A stretch of 64,000 nt of DNA from assembly GCA_963850305.1 (NCBI GenBank), contig CAWKKR010000009.1, forward strand, positions 1-64,000, read 5' to 3'. The notes under the pieces were generated by a model. That model did no database searches. It was not told the DNA's origin and worked only from the letters and a program-made list of their open reading frames with translations. The stretch comes from an uncultured delta proteobacterium (GTDB lineage Bacteria; Myxococcota_A; Polyangia; Polyangiales; Polyangiaceae). Made by a program: the position numbers and the translations under genes. Of the stretch, positions 31,383-42,684 are shown in pieces (the stretch's first letter is position 1; each line of letters starts with the position of its first letter).

Positions 31383-32222
31383 TCAGACGACGCGCAGCGA
31401 GCGTCCAGCCAGGATCTCGTTGTGCGAGCCCTGGCGGTAGCCGGCAAGGTCGAGCGTTACGAATGAAAATCCGTGACGCTTGCCGGCGGCGACGGCGGCC
31501 TGGCGCACGTCAGGATCGATCATGCGCATCAGGTCCGTCGGATCGACTTCGATCCTCGCGATCCGTTCGTGCCATCTCACGCGGAGGTGCCGGAACCCAA
31601 GGGCTCGCAGATCCCCCTCGAACCCGGCGATCTGCGCGAGCCGCTCGCGCGTGACCGCGGTCCCATAAGGAATTCGACTGGACAAGCACGCAGCAGCGGG
31701 TTTGTCCCAGATGGCCATGCCGAGCGCGCGCGCTGCCTCGCGAACGTCTGCCTTGTCGAAGCCGGCGTCTATGAGCGGGCTCTTCACCCCGGCTCGCTTC
31801 GCCGCATCGAGACCCGGACGATAATCGCCGAGATCATCGAGGTTCGTGCCGTTCACGATTTCCCGCAGACCCCACTCGTGCTGCTTCGTTCGGGCAATAT
31901 CGTAGAGTTCCGTCTTGCAATGGAAGCACCGATCGGGTCCGTTCGCGACGTAAGCGACGCGCTCCATCTCCCTCGATTCCACGAGTCGATGATCGGCGCC
32001 GAGTTCCTTCGCGATGCGGATCGCCTCGTCGCGTTCCGAGGTCGGTAGACTGGGGCTGATCGCCGTCATGCCCACGGCGCGCCCCCCGAGTTGCTCGGCG
32101 GCGATTGCGAGTACCAGCGCGCTGTCGATGCCGCCGGAGTAACAAATGAGAACGGATTCCAGTCCGCGGATGACCCGGCGAAGTTCGTCGAGCTTCACGG
32201 ACGATTCGTGCGCGGTCGCCAT
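31383..32222 (-). CDS. larE: ATP-dependent sulfur transferase LarE family
   Basis: PP-loop SGGIDS, RCFHCK, DYRPG, ACLSSRIPYG, LDLAGYRQGS. Confidence 0.9.
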   Translation of the reverse strand: MATAHESSVKLDELRRVIRGLESVLICYSGGIDSALVLAIAAEQLGGRAVGMTAISPSLPTSERDEAIRIAKELGADHRLVESREMERVAYVANGPDRCFHCKTELYDIARTKQHEWGLREIVNGTNLDDLGDYRPGLDAAKRAGVKSPLIDAGFDKADVREAARALGMAIWDKPAAACLSSRIPYGTAVTRERLAQIAGFEGDLRALGFRHLRVRWHERIARIEVDPTDLMRMIDPDVRQAAVAAGKRHGFSFVTLDLAGYRQGSHNEILAGRSLRVV

Positions 32223-32252
32223 TATCGAAAATCTAGCGCAGTCCCCGTCGCA

Positions 32253-33260
32253 TCACCAATGTCCGACGAAAGTCAGTCCTCCGTCGGCGGACGGCGCACC
32301 AGCCAAGAGCGCGGCGGCGGGCTGGCCTTTTGGCGTCTGTGTGGTCCCGATGACGAGGAGCGTCACGCCTCCGGCAATCAGCGTGCCGCCGCCGAACAGC
32401 AGGATGTTCGACGCCGTCGTCAGATGACGGATGGTGCTTTCGTCGTCCTCGTACTTCTGCGGGGTGTACGAGCCCTTGGGAGGTTGTTCGCAAACGTCGT
32501 TCGGGCAACCTGACCTGAACTCGTTGAGGCGACTGTTGCGCGACAGAAGCGTCACCGTGCCGGCAACGAGCGCTACGGCGCCTGCCGCCGCGGTGGTCCA
32601 GCCGATCACGCCGAACGGCGGCGAGGAGGCTTTGGCAGGCGCTTCCGTCGGCGCTGGGCTCTCGGTCGATGTCGATGTCGATATCGGCGTCCCGAGATCG
32701 ATGAGTAGCGCCGCGCTGCCGCCCGCGGGCAGCGTCCATTCTTTCGACCATTCGCGATATCCGGGCGCGCGGGCCACGAGTCTGTGCGTGCCGGGATCGA
32801 TGACTTGCGAGGCGCCCACGAGCTCGGGTGGCAGCGACGTGCCGTCGAGCGACAGTACGAGATTCGGGTACGCCGCGGCGGTTCGGAGCGTCGTGCTGGC
32901 CAGTTGGGGGAGTGTCTGTTCGAGTTTCGCCGTGGCTTCCGTGAGCGCCTTCACGACGGCGGGAGACGACCCCGTGGGTGCTCCCTCGCGCACGATGCGC
33001 CGCCACATCTCCGTGGCGGCCACGAGGTGGCCGGAGGCGGCGCGGCAACGCGCTAAGTACTGCAGATGAACGGACGCGTGATGAAGCTCCTCGGCGCGCT
33101 CCAGGAGCGGTTGCCCCTTCTTGCAATTTCCAGATTCAACCAGATCGATACCCGAGATCGCCAGTTGACGCGCGGTGGCGACCTCGGACGCCTGCGCGCG
33201 AGCCACGCCGGGCACGAAGATGAGCATGAACGTCGCGATCGCGCATCGACAACGGAACAT
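32253..33260 (-). CDS. Secreted TPR + PEGA-like protein with C-terminal hydrophobic helices
   Basis: Signal peptide, helical repeats, DPGTHRLVARAPGY PEGA pattern; coupled to the upstream kinase. Confidence 0.7.
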   Translation of the reverse strand: MFRCRCAIATFMLIFVPGVARAQASEVATARQLAISGIDLVESGNCKKGQPLLERAEELHHASVHLQYLARCRAASGHLVAATEMWRRIVREGAPTGSSPAVVKALTEATAKLEQTLPQLASTTLRTAAAYPNLVLSLDGTSLPPELVGASQVIDPGTHRLVARAPGYREWSKEWTLPAGGSAALLIDLGTPISTSTSTESPAPTEAPAKASSPPFGVIGWTTAAAGAVALVAGTVTLLSRNSRLNEFRSGCPNDVCEQPPKGSYTPQKYEDDESTIRHLTTASNILLFGGGTLIAGGVTLLVIGTTQTPKGQPAAALLAGAPSADGGLTFVGHW

Positions 33261-33271
33261 CCGGATCGAGA

Positions 33272-34717
33272 TCAGTACCCTACGTCACGGCCGATCGGGA
33301 CGATCTTCGGTGGGGACAGGGTCGCTGGCGGGCGCATCACGGAGCTCGCCAGAATCGGTTTCGCGGGAGGGAGGGTTGCTGCAGGCGGGTGACTTGAATG
33401 TACGATCTTAGCCCGCCGGTGAACGCGTTCGGGCATGGTCACGGGTTCCGAATCCGAATCTGCGGGGCTGGCGGCAGCGCGAACACTCGCGGGTGGCGCC
33501 GGGACGGGAGCCGCTGGCGGGAGCGCGGCGGCCCGAGGTGGGTTCGCCTGGACGTGGTTCGGTGGGGGCACGTGGGCCCTCGGCCAGACCGCAATCGCGA
33601 GAACGGCGGCTACGGTTGCGAGCGCTCCGCCCAGAAAAAATGCCATTCGCCGTCCTGTGTCCGCGATGGTCGTGGATGTGGGCGGGTGCGCGCCATCGGC
33701 GACCGTCAGCTCTGCCGCGTTGCGAAGCGCGGCTCCGTTGAGTGGCAAAGGCGCCGTCGAGATGGGCCCACGCACGGGTACCTTGCTCACCCGCACGACG
33801 GGTTCGCTTGCGGTGGGATCGCGTTCGAGCTCTGCGAGCGCAAGCTCCAGATCGCGCCGCATTTCTGCGGCGGTCTGATACCGATCCGTTTGATCGAACT
33901 CGCAGGCTCCGTCGATCACCGTTGCGATCGACAGGGGAAGCCCGAGTTGACGTTCCGCCATTTTGCGCGCTGGAGTCCAGGCGGCGCGCACCATGATTTC
34001 CTGCGCGCTCTCGCCTTCGTGAAGGAACTCCCCGGCAACCAGGAAAAGGAGAGTCGCCCCGGCCGAATAGAGATCGCTTCGCGTCGATACTTCGCTCGGT
34101 CGCCCGCGCGCTTGCTCGGGCGACATGTACGCGGGGGTTCCGAGCATCGTTCCGGTGCGGGTGACGGACGACGAGGTCCCGTCGAGCGCGCGTGCGACGC
34201 CGAAATCGAGCACCTTGAGCTTGTTCTCGTCCGTGAAAAACAAATTCTCGGGCTTGATGTCACGGTGCACGACGCCTTTTTCGTGCGCGACGGCGAGGCA
34301 ATCGGCAAGCTCGATCATCTTGCGCGCCGCCTCGAGCGGCGACAGGGGCCCGGTGCGTTCCACGCGCTGCCGCGCCGTCTCCCCCTCGAGGAGCTCCATG
34401 ACCAAGTAGGCATATTCGCGTTCGCGATCCAAATGGTCGTCGAGTACTCGCACCACCGCAGGGTGGCCGATCTTGTTCGCGAGGTATCCTTCACGCAAAA
34501 TTCGCTCTGCGAACTCGACGCTCGTCGTCACGGAGAAGGGGAAGAGCTTGATCGCGGCGCGAGCTCCGTTCCGGTGCGTGCCTTCGTAGACGGCGGCCAT
34601 GCCGCCGACGCCTAGCAGACGCTCGAGCGTCCACTTGCCGTCGAGAACCGTGCCCACGCGTCGAGAGGCCGGGTCGAGATGGCTCGGAGCTGGCAAGGAA
34701 GGCTCCTCCCCGGTCAT
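33272..34717 (-). CDS. Membrane-anchored Ser/Thr protein kinase
   Basis: GVGGMAAVY, HRDIKPEN, DFG, GTPAYMSPEQ, one TM segment, Pro-rich tail. Confidence 0.95.
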   Translation of the reverse strand: MTGEEPSLPAPSHLDPASRRVGTVLDGKWTLERLLGVGGMAAVYEGTHRNGARAAIKLFPFSVTTSVEFAERILREGYLANKIGHPAVVRVLDDHLDREREYAYLVMELLEGETARQRVERTGPLSPLEAARKMIELADCLAVAHEKGVVHRDIKPENLFFTDENKLKVLDFGVARALDGTSSSVTRTGTMLGTPAYMSPEQARGRPSEVSTRSDLYSAGATLLFLVAGEFLHEGESAQEIMVRAAWTPARKMAERQLGLPLSIATVIDGACEFDQTDRYQTAAEMRRDLELALAELERDPTASEPVVRVSKVPVRGPISTAPLPLNGAALRNAAELTVADGAHPPTSTTIADTGRRMAFFLGGALATVAAVLAIAVWPRAHVPPPNHVQANPPRAAALPPAAPVPAPPASVRAAASPADSDSEPVTMPERVHRRAKIVHSSHPPAATLPPAKPILASSVMRPPATLSPPKIVPIGRDVGY

Positions 34718-34726
34718 GAGGATCGA

Positions 34727-35296
34727 TCAGCGGCCCCAGACCTGGAGCGCGTAACGTCCCGAGCCGCGATACACACTCACCTCGAGCATGTACAGCCCTG
34801 GTTGGGGGAAACAGACGGGTTCGCGCGGGGGCAGGACGGGCCAGGAGTCGTGGGTGACGTCTGCGACAACGGCATCGCCTGAGGGGCCGCGGAGGAGGAG
34901 ATCGAGATCCTTCACGCCCGAGTCAGCGGCAGCGTAAACGCGATAACATTTGCCCGGTAGCGGAGCTTCGAACGTGTATCGATCCACGGGATCTTCCTCG
35001 GATTGGGTCCCGATACGAACGTCCGTCATCGCGCGCATTCCGCCTGTGGGTCCGCAATCGCGAACGAGATGCGCGAGATCGGCGTCGGAGTTTCCCGTGG
35101 GGCGGAATGTCGAGTAGCAGTTCTCCCAGGGATTTTTGGGTGGGGTGCTCTGAGCGTCTTCGATCGTCCCCGTGGGGACCTGGGATTCTGTCGCCGGGTG
35201 TCCGGTCGAAGCAGGACCGCAGCCCGTCGTTCCGGAAATCACTACTGAAATCACGACGCCAAGAGCGCCGACGGCCGTTTTCCGCGGGCAAAGCAT
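34727..35296 (-). CDS. Hypothetical Cys-containing lipoprotein
   Basis: Hydrophobic segment then TGC; C-terminal beta domain CYRVYAAAD...DLDLLL...YMLEVSVYRGSGRYALQVW. Confidence 0.6.
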   Translation of the reverse strand: MLCPRKTAVGALGVVISVVISGTTGCGPASTGHPATESQVPTGTIEDAQSTPPKNPWENCYSTFRPTGNSDADLAHLVRDCGPTGGMRAMTDVRIGTQSEEDPVDRYTFEAPLPGKCYRVYAAADSGVKDLDLLLRGPSGDAVVADVTHDSWPVLPPREPVCFPQPGLYMLEVSVYRGSGRYALQVWGR

Positions 35297-35417
35297 CAGA
35301 TCATCATCGTAGAGCGTCTCCCCGGCACAGGGAACACGCGAAAAGCCCAGTCGCCTCGAAGTTTGCTCGGACATTACATGTCCGTTGAAGGGGTTCGCGC
35401 TTTGCGATTTCGCGTGA

Positions 35418-35434
35418 CTGATACTATGTTCAGC
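35418..35434 (+). promoter_or_regulatory. LexA (SOS) box upstream of imuA
   Basis: CTGATACTATGTTCAGC, CT-N8-GTTCAG pattern of the Myxococcus LexA box, immediately before the imuA ATG. Confidence 0.65.
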
Positions 35435-35436
35435 TA

Positions 35437-36174
35437 ATGGCTTTGCCAGCACATCTCCTGGAGAGACTCCCTGCTGAACTGCAATGCGGACAGAACATTG
35501 CCCAGAAATCCATGGGGTTTCTGCCTTTTGGGCTTCCTGGTATGGATGAGGTTTTGCCGGATCGGGGGATCCCGCGCGGAGCCGTCGTGGAACTTGCGGT
35601 TTCGGGAGGGGTATCGCTTGCGACCTCTCTTGCTCTAGCCGCGTGTCGAACGGCTCAGAAAGAAGCAACGCTTTGCGGCGGAGAAGTCCCCTGGTGCGCA
35701 TTCGTCGATCCGTCAGCGACTCTTTACGCTCCCGGCGTCGTGGCTGCTGGCGTCAAATTGGATCGTCTTCTCGTCGTCCGGCCTTCCATGGAGGCACTGG
35801 AGCGCACGGCCATCCGTCTGGTGGGGTCCCACGCGTTTTCGATCGTCGTCGTGGACACGATGGGCGTTCCGGGGAGTGGCCTCAGCGTCGCGCTGGGTGC
35901 TTGGCCAAGAGTCATTCGTAGACTCACGCTTTTGGCAGAGGAGTCGAGCGGGTGCGTGCTGCTCGTCACGGACGGTGAAGTGCGTCGCCCATTGCCACTC
36001 CCCGTCGCAATGCGGCTGGAACTCGCGCGGCCTTCTCAAGATCGCTTGTGGGTTCGAGTCGCAAAAGATCACCGCGGCAGGGTCACAGTGCCGCGTCTCG
36101 TCACCTGGGCGAGGCCACGTGCCAAGCCTCTCAGCATCGCGCCAGAGGGGGAGCAGAAAGCGCAGGCGTCGTGA
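35437..36174 (+). CDS. imuA: ImuA (RecA/SulA-like mutagenesis protein)
   Basis: GIPRGAVVEL with degenerate Walker A, AFVDP, LDRLLVVRP; first gene before imuB-dnaE2. Confidence 0.85.
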   Translation: MALPAHLLERLPAELQCGQNIAQKSMGFLPFGLPGMDEVLPDRGIPRGAVVELAVSGGVSLATSLALAACRTAQKEATLCGGEVPWCAFVDPSATLYAPGVVAAGVKLDRLLVVRPSMEALERTAIRLVGSHAFSIVVVDTMGVPGSGLSVALGAWPRVIRRLTLLAEESSGCVLLVTDGEVRRPLPLPVAMRLELARPSQDRLWVRVAKDHRGRVTVPRLVTWARPRAKPLSIAPEGEQKAQAS

Positions 36175-37802
36175 TGGAGTCCGCAGCACGGCGGATCATC
36201 GCCATCGTATTGCCGAACCTACTGTGCGAACTGGTGAGCGTTTCGTTCGGAGCTCCTCGAATTCGCTCTGCGGATGCGTCGAAGCACGAGAGGAAGGTTC
36301 GAACACCGCCGCCGCTTGCCGTCCTCGTGGTGGATGAACAGCCCCAAGAGGCGATCGAAACGAACGTCACCATCGATGCAGTGAACCCATCGGCGAAGAA
36401 ATGTGGCGTTCGGGTCGGTCAAACCGTAGTCGAAGCTCGGGCCTTTGTCGGGCATCTCGTTGTGCGTGAGCTGCCGCGAGAGTGCGTGCAAGCCCGGCTC
36501 GGAGAAATTGCGGAGATGACGCTGAGCTTCGGGCCTACGGTTTCCATAGAAGCTCCGGATACCGTATGGGTGGACGTTACGGCTGCCGCACACCTGGCTG
36601 GAGGAGAAGAGGCTCTCTTGCTAGAGCTGGTTGCACGGGTTCGAGGGCTCGGGCATGCGGCGAACGTTGCCGTCTCGGACGGGCCGCGTCTCGCGCAGGC
36701 GTTCGCTCGCTTCGGACGAATGAATGTAGAAGGGTGTCTCGTCGTCCCTCGAAATGAAACGGCGTTTGCCCTTGGAACATTACCCCTGCAGGCGCTCGGT
36801 CTGGATGGGGAACGCGCGGCTTGGTTTGGGCGGCTGGGTGTACTCACGGTTCGCGAGCTGAAGCAGATTCCTCGCGGAGCGACTGCATCCCGTATCGGCA
36901 ACGACGCAGGGCGTGTGCTCGACCTGGCCGAAGGGAAGGACGACTCGCCGCTCGTGATGTATTCGCCGCCCGCGTTGCCCCAAGAAGAAACGATATGGGA
37001 CGAGCCAGTTTCCGGAATCGAACCGCTGCTGTTCGTACTCCGCGGTCTCGTTTCGAGATTGAGTGCGCGACTCGAAGGGCGAGGCGAGGCGGTGCAAGCA
37101 CTCACCCTCATCGTCCTTCACGATCGTGCGACGGCTCGCTTCGAAGGCGTCGCAAAGGAGACCGTACTCTATTTCGAATTTGCCTCGCCGCTCTATCGAC
37201 CCGAGGAGCTCACACGGGTACTTTCTTCTCGGCTCGGCCGACTCGATTTCTCTGCTCCGTCCGTGGGGTTGCGGCTGGAAGCGAAAGCCATCACGCGTGC
37301 TCTCGCTCTCCAGCTCGCGCTGTCCCGTTACGCTGCGGGTCTTGGCGGAACTGCGACGAAAGGTCCGGAGACTCTCCCCGTCGTTCTTGCGGAACTCGTT
37401 GCCGATCTCGGAAAAGAAAAGGTTGGAGTTCTCCGGCTGGAAAATTCGCATCGACCGGAGAAGAAAAGTCGTCTCATCGCCGTCGATCCCATGAGCAAAA
37501 GAACGCAGCCCCGACCGAGAACTGCGGAAGCTCAAGCTACGCCCTCGAGACTTTTGCTACGAGCAGTGCCGGTCGAGGGGCCTTTACGACGAGGCACGAC
37601 GCTCTCTCTCGATCACCGGCTTTACACGGTCGAACGAGTGGAGTTCGATCACCGAATCGCCTCGGTGGAGTGGTGGACGGGAGAGCCAGTCACGCGCGAC
37701 TATCTTCGGATCTGGCTTCAAGGGGCGAGTGGGGGGTTAGAGGTTATCGCCTATGTCGACAGGAAGAACCTAACTCGAAGGATTCAAGCTATTTGCGATT
37801 GA
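36174..37802 (+). CDS. imuB: ImuB (inactive Y-family polymerase-like protein)
   Basis: AVNPSAKKCGVRVGQ, FGPTV, QLAL clamp-binding-like motif, C-terminal EWW...RDYLR. Confidence 0.88.
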   Translation: MESAARRIIAIVLPNLLCELVSVSFGAPRIRSADASKHERKVRTPPPLAVLVVDEQPQEAIETNVTIDAVNPSAKKCGVRVGQTVVEARAFVGHLVVRELPRECVQARLGEIAEMTLSFGPTVSIEAPDTVWVDVTAAAHLAGGEEALLLELVARVRGLGHAANVAVSDGPRLAQAFARFGRMNVEGCLVVPRNETAFALGTLPLQALGLDGERAAWFGRLGVLTVRELKQIPRGATASRIGNDAGRVLDLAEGKDDSPLVMYSPPALPQEETIWDEPVSGIEPLLFVLRGLVSRLSARLEGRGEAVQALTLIVLHDRATARFEGVAKETVLYFEFASPLYRPEELTRVLSSRLGRLDFSAPSVGLRLEAKAITRALALQLALSRYAAGLGGTATKGPETLPVVLAELVADLGKEKVGVLRLENSHRPEKKSRLIAVDPMSKRTQPRPRTAEAQATPSRLLLRAVPVEGPLRRGTTLSLDHRLYTVERVEFDHRIASVEWWTGEPVTRDYLRIWLQGASGGLEVIAYVDRKNLTRRIQAICD

Positions 37803-37805
37803 TTC

Positions 37806-37833
37806 TTGATACTAAGCACCCGTTCAGTATATT
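37806..37833 (+). promoter_or_regulatory. Internal promoter with LexA box upstream of dnaE2
   Basis: TTGATA-16 bp-TATATT; the spacer carries CTAAGCACCCGTTCAG. Confidence 0.7.
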
Positions 37834-37843
37834 GTGAACCCCC

Positions 37844-40800
37844 TTGTTTTCGGAGCTCCTCGGGCAATCCGCGTTTTCGTTCCTCAGGGGCGCGTCGAAG
37901 CCGGAAGAAATGGTGGAGCAATCGAAGGCGCTCGGACACAGCGCTCTCGGTTTGTGTGATCGCAATGGCATTTACGGCGTCGTGCGCGCGTTTGCGCAGG
38001 CGCAAGAAATCGGACACCGGTTGATCGTGGGCGCGGAAGTATCGCTTGCGGTCTCGAAACGGAGGATGGAGCGGACGGAGTTGCCGACACGGGCGCGTCA
38101 CGTTCGCGTCGAGCATTTCGACGCGCCGACGCTCGCACTGCTCGTACGCGATTCGAGGGGGTACGAAAATCTTTGCCGTCTTCTGACTAACGCTCACGCA
38201 GATTTGCCGAAAGGTGAAGCAGTTCTCGATTTGAAGACACTCGCGGTGCATCAGGAGGGGCTCGTTGCAGTGGTGCCTGGTGCGACTTATCCCGGAGCTT
38301 CCGATACGCCACCCGAAGAACTCTTCGACGTCCTGATCGACGCATTCGGTCGTGACCACGCGTACGTCGCTGCGTTCCGGAGATTCGACGGACATGACGC
38401 TGCTCGACTCGAATCGGTGGAAGCCTGGTCGCGCCGGTACGGCCTTGATGTCGTTGCGAGCGCGCGCCCGCTCTATCACTCGCCGGACAGGAAGCCGCTC
38501 GCGGACGTGATGCATTGTATCCGGAAAAGAACCACGCTCGACCAAGCTGGGCAAGAACTCGGGCCCAATGCAGAGGCGTATCTGCGCGCCGAAGAAGGGA
38601 AGGGCGGGATGCGAATTCTCTTTCGTGAGCGCGAGCACTGGGTCTCGCGTGCCGGAGAGGTCGCGAATCTGTGCGTATTCTCTCTCGATCGGATCAAATA
38701 CGAATTCCCGTGCGAGCTTTCGCCGGGTGAGACCGCAGATGAGGCGCTCGAGCGACTCGTCGAAGAAGGGGCGCAGCGTCGGTATCCGAGTGGCGTCCCT
38801 TCGAACGTGGGAGCACAAATCGACAAGGAGCTTCGCTTGATCGCGGAACTAGAAGTGGCTCCGTATTTTTTGAGCACGTACGAAATCATCGAGATGGCGC
38901 GGGCCAAACGCATCTTGTGTCAGGGCAGGGGTAGCGCGGCGAACAGCGCCGTCTGCTACGCGCTAGGCATCACCAGTGTCGATCCAGCCCGTAGCAATCT
39001 CCTGTTCGAGCGCTTCCTGAGCCATGAACGCCGCGAGCCTCCGGACATCGACGTGGATTTCGAGCACGAACGCCGCGAAGAAATCATCCAGGAGATTTAC
39101 GAGCGCCATGGTCGCGATCGCGCCGCGATGGTGTCGGAAGTGATTTCCTATCGGGGAAAGAGTGCGCTCCGCGAGGTAGGACGAGCGTTCGGCCTCTCGA
39201 GCGAACAGATCGAGCGATTGAGTGGGCTCCTCACACACTGGGATTCACTCGATGAGAAGGAAATTCGCGCCGACGCTCTCGGGTTCGACATGAACGATCC
39301 GCGGGTTCTCGAGATCTTCAAGAGAGCGAAGGAACTCGAGGGGTTTCCCCGGCATCTGTCCATACACGTGGGCGGGTTCGTTCTCTCCGCGCGGTCGCTA
39401 TCCGAAGTCGCTCCCGTCGAACCGGCGCGCATGAAGGGGAGAACCGTCATCCCTTGGGACAAGGACGACATCGACACATTGCGGTTCTTCAAGGTGGACG
39501 TGCTGGGCCTCGGGATGCTGTCGGCGATCAGAAAATGTCTCGCGATGATCCACGACGATGGGGTCCTCCATGCCGAGTCCGCAACGAGGCCAGACGCGAA
39601 AGGCGCCCAACCAAAAATCGAAGAGAGATTCGACCCTATCGACGTGCTTGCTCGAGTTCCGAGCGAGGATCCGGCGGTGTACCGGCTCGTTTCGGAAGCG
39701 GACACGGTGGGGGTTTTTCAGATCGAAAGCCGTGCGCAGATGGCGATGCTGCCCCGTCTTCGACCACAGAGATTTTACGATCTCGTCGTCGAAGTCGCGA
39801 TCGTGCGTCCGGGGCCGATTCAAGGGGGAATGGTCCACCCGTATCTTCGCCGACGAACGGGGAGTGAAGCCATCACGTATCCACACGAAAATCTCGTACC
39901 GATTTTGAAACGGACGCTCGGCATCCCGCTCTTCCAAGAACAGGTGATGCAGATCGCCATCACGGGCGCAGGTTACGGCGGGGGCGAGGCAGATCAGCTT
40001 CGTCGGGACATGGCGGCATGGAAGAAGAGCGGCAAGCTACTCCGGCATCGAGAGAGGTTGCTCGAAGGGTTCGCGAGATCCGGCATCTCACGGCAATTTA
40101 GCGAAGCATTGTTCGAGCAAATCAAGGGATTCGGGGATTATGGGTTTCCCGAATCGCACGCGGCGTCCTTTGCGGTGCTCGTCTACGCATCGGCCTGGCA
40201 GAAGGCTCATTTTCCCGCTCATTTCGCCTGCGCCATTTTGAATTCACAGCCAATGGGATTTTACTCGCCGTCGTCGCTGGTGAGGGACGCGCAGAAGCAC
40301 GGTGTCGAGGTTCGGGAGGTGAACGTCGTCTCCAGCGGGTGGGATTCGATGCTGGAGGCTCCGAGCAAGGCATGTCGCGTCAAGAGCGTGTTCCCGCAAG
40401 CTCGGAAGTCGCTGCGCCTCGGGCTTCGGCTCGTCAAGGGGCTCGGGGAGAGGACAGCGCGAGCCATCGAGAAGGCTCGCGAAGAGTGCGCCTTTTCGAA
40501 CCTTCACGATCTCGTGCTGCGAGCGAGGCTCGAGAAAGACGAAGTGGAGGCACTCGCGGAAGCTGGCGCGCTCGAAGAACTGGTGCACGGAAGACGACAG
40601 GCGCTTTGGTCGGCGCGCGCCCCACGTACGGAAGGACTCTTTGCCCGTCAAGATACGTCCGAACCGGCTGTGACGCTCCCCGCGCTTTCTCCCATGGATC
40701 AGTTGCTCTTCGACTATGGGCGGACCGGTCTTTCGGTGAGCGACCATCCGCTCCGACACGTCAGAGAAGAGCTGTGCAGAAAGAAAATCGTCACGATGGC

Positions 40801-41134
40801 GGAGCTTCAGAACACGAACGAGGAGCGAGCAAGCGTCGCTGGTCTAGTTTTGACGAGGCAGCGGCCTGGAACGGCGAGCGGCATCGTGTTCATCACGCTC
40901 GAAGACGAAACAGGCATTGCGAACCTGGTGCTCTATAGTCGTGTGTTCCACGAGCATCGCGTTCTCGCGCGTCAAGCTCCGCTCCTCGTCGCTCACGGCA
41001 AGGTGGAGCGCCATGTGACGGAGGCGCGTCCCGGAGAATTCGGAGCTACGACACCGATCGTGCATCTTCTGGTCGAAAAGTTGGAGCGACTCGATATTCC
41101 GGGCATCGAAAAGTCGTCGCGCGATTTCCACTGA
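37844..41134 (+). CDS. dnaE2: Error-prone DNA polymerase DnaE2
   Basis: [39 protein letters not shown]-terminal SRDFH signature. Confidence 0.97.
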   Translation: MFSELLGQSAFSFLRGASKPEEMVEQSKALGHSALGLCDRNGIYGVVRAFAQAQEIGHRLIVGAEVSLAVSKRRMERTELPTRARHVRVEHFDAPTLALLVRDSRGYENLCRLLTNAHADLPKGEAVLDLKTLAVHQEGLVAVVPGATYPGASDTPPEELFDVLIDAFGRDHAYVAAFRRFDGHDAARLESVEAWSRRYGLDVVASARPLYHSPDRKPLADVMHCIRKRTTLDQAGQELGPNAEAYLRAEEGKGGMRILFREREHWVSRAGEVANLCVFSLDRIKYEFPCELSPGETADEALERLVEEGAQRRYPSGVPSNVGAQIDKELRLIAELEVAPYFLSTYEIIEMARAKRILCQGRGSAANSAVCYALGITSVDPARSNLLFERFLSHERREPPDIDVDFEHERREEIIQEIYERHGRDRAAMVSEVISYRGKSALREVGRAFGLSSEQIERLSGLLTHWDSLDEKEIRADALGFDMNDPRVLEIFKRAKELEGFPRHLSIHVGGFVLSARSLSEVAPVEPARMKGRTVIPWDKDDIDTLRFFKVDVLGLGMLSAIRKCLAMIHDDGVLHAESATRPDAKGAQPKIEERFDPIDVLARVPSEDPAVYRLVSEADTVGVFQIESRAQMAMLPRLRPQRFYDLVVEVAIVRPGPIQGGMVHPYLRRRTGSEAITYPHENLVPILKRTLGIPLFQEQVMQIAITGAGYGGGEADQLRRDMAAWKKSGKLLRHRERLLEGFARSGISRQFSEALFEQIKGFGDYGFPESHAASFAVLVYASAWQKAHFPAHFACAILNSQPMGFYSPSSLVRDAQKHGVEVREVNVVSSGWDSMLEAPSKACRVKSVFPQARKSLRLGLRLVKGLGERTARAIEKAREECAFSNLHDLVLRARLEKDEVEALAEAGALEELVHGRRQALWSARAPRTEGLFARQDTSEPAVTLPALSPMDQLLFDYGRTGLSVSDHPLRHVREELCRKKIVTMAELQNTNEERASVAGLVLTRQRPGTASGIVFITLEDETGIANLVLYSRVFHEHRVLARQAPLLVAHGKVERHVTEARPGEFGATTPIVHLLVEKLERLDIPGIEKSSRDFH

Positions 41135-41137
41135 GGC

Positions 41138-41490
41138 CGCTTCGATCTCAGCGACTACTCGAGCCCACACGAGCGCACGCAACGCACGCTCGTCGCCTTC
41201 ACCGATCTCGACTAAGGTGCGTGTCGTCGACGGCAACGACGTCCTTGTGACGCACGTGCGGTGCTGGGACCGTGCGCAGCAGATCGAGCAGCCGGAGCAC
41301 CTCCAGCGGCTGGTCGACGAGAAGCAACACGCCCGCGAGCATCGCGGGCTCGATCGCCTCGCACGCGCGGCCCGCACACGCGTTCCTCCGTATCGTCGCC
41401 GAGCGCGGAGGCAACGTCGGGAACCCAACCGCTCGCTTGTTCGTCGTTCTCGACGCCGTCGGCGCCGCGCCGCGGCAAGAAGCACTGACC
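41138..41490 (+). mobile_element. istA: Degraded IS21-family transposase (IstA) fragment
   Basis: [10 protein letters not shown]...RTLV...[51 protein letters not shown] / [13 protein letters not shown] resembles IstA C-terminal regions; contains a stop and frameshifts. Confidence 0.75.
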
Positions 41491-41618
41491 CCACTTCACC
41501 GGTGAACGTCACCGGCACGAGCCGCGTTCTTCACCAGTGAAGGTCACCGAATTCCCGCGGGCTCACGCGATCGTCAACAGCGCACGCAACCAGAGACTCG
41601 TTCTGGCCGAAGGGGGGC

Positions 41619-42684
41619 ATGACGCGAATGCTCGCCCTCCGTTCCACGCTGCTCGTTGTTGCTCTCTCGGGGAACGCGATGGCGAACGTTCCTGGTCTCG
41701 TCCTCGCAGGGAACTCCGCCTGTCGAGTGACGTTGACGAAGGTGAGCTACGACACGCCCGGGGCGGACGCGTCGGAGTTCGTGGAGCTCCATGCAGATCC
41801 CGTGGGAATGCGGCTGGCGATTCCGGATCGTCACCCCTTGGATGCCGGCGCGGACGCTTCCGACGCAAGCGCCCTGGACGCCGGAGCCCCGACCCTGGGA
41901 GATTGTGGCCTTTCGGCGCTGGCGCTCGTCGATGGCAGTGGTGACGCCTGCAACATCTACCGGACGATTCCGCTCGCCGTCACCCCGATTCCCGCGGATG
42001 GGTACATCGTGTTGTGTGCCAACGGGACGGCGTTCGATTCTCGCGTCGCATTGCGATGTAACTTACGCCGGTCGCTCGGCGCTGAAGAATGGCTGGCTCC
42101 AGAATGGCCCCAACGACGGCCTGCGGTTCGAAACCGGGTCGGGCAACGTCGATGTTGGTTACGAAGGCGCGCCCTCGTGCTTTTCGACGTCGGCCGCGGA
42201 ACTCGTCACTGAAACGGGCGAAGTATCCAGCGGGATGGGCGCAACGGAAGATGACGTGAATGCCTTTTGCGCCGGCCGGTTTCAGTTGCTGCCCGCGAGT
42301 GAGGCGACGCTTCGCTCGATTCCCGATTGCCCCACCCCCCCGATCGGAGGAGGTGCTCGCGACGCATCTCCGGAATCGTCCGGAGACGCTACCATGGTCG
42401 TTGAACGCATTCCGGATACCGGTTCCGGAGGTGCCCCGGCGCTTTATGAGTCAGGATGGTTCGACGCAGCCGTGCTTGGAACCCCCGACCCGTTGCCCGG
42501 GCCGCCCTCGCCGCCTGGTTGCGCCATCGGTCACGAAGTCGGTTCCGGGGCGTCGCCCCTGACGGCGACCCTCGTCACCTTGGGTTTCGCGTCGCTCATG
42601 CTACGGAGGCGACGGACTCTTCTACCGGTGTCTGGGAGTCCAATCGTCCGCGCCGCTCGCTCCGGTTCGTCGCCTCGTCGTTGA
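41619..42684 (+). CDS. Secreted lamin-tail-like domain protein with MYXO-CTERM-like tail (frameshift near 42038)
   Basis: VSYDTPGADASEFVEL, GYIVLC, LQNGPNDGL lamin-tail-type motifs; ends GCAIG...hydrophobic...RRRR. Confidence 0.6.

Noticed and set aside
29531..31447. Long antisense ORFs (e.g. 638 aa opposite pnp, 548 aa at 15792-17438, 565 aa at 47977-49674)
   Set aside because: Shadow ORFs expected from high GC and codon bias; no recognisable motifs
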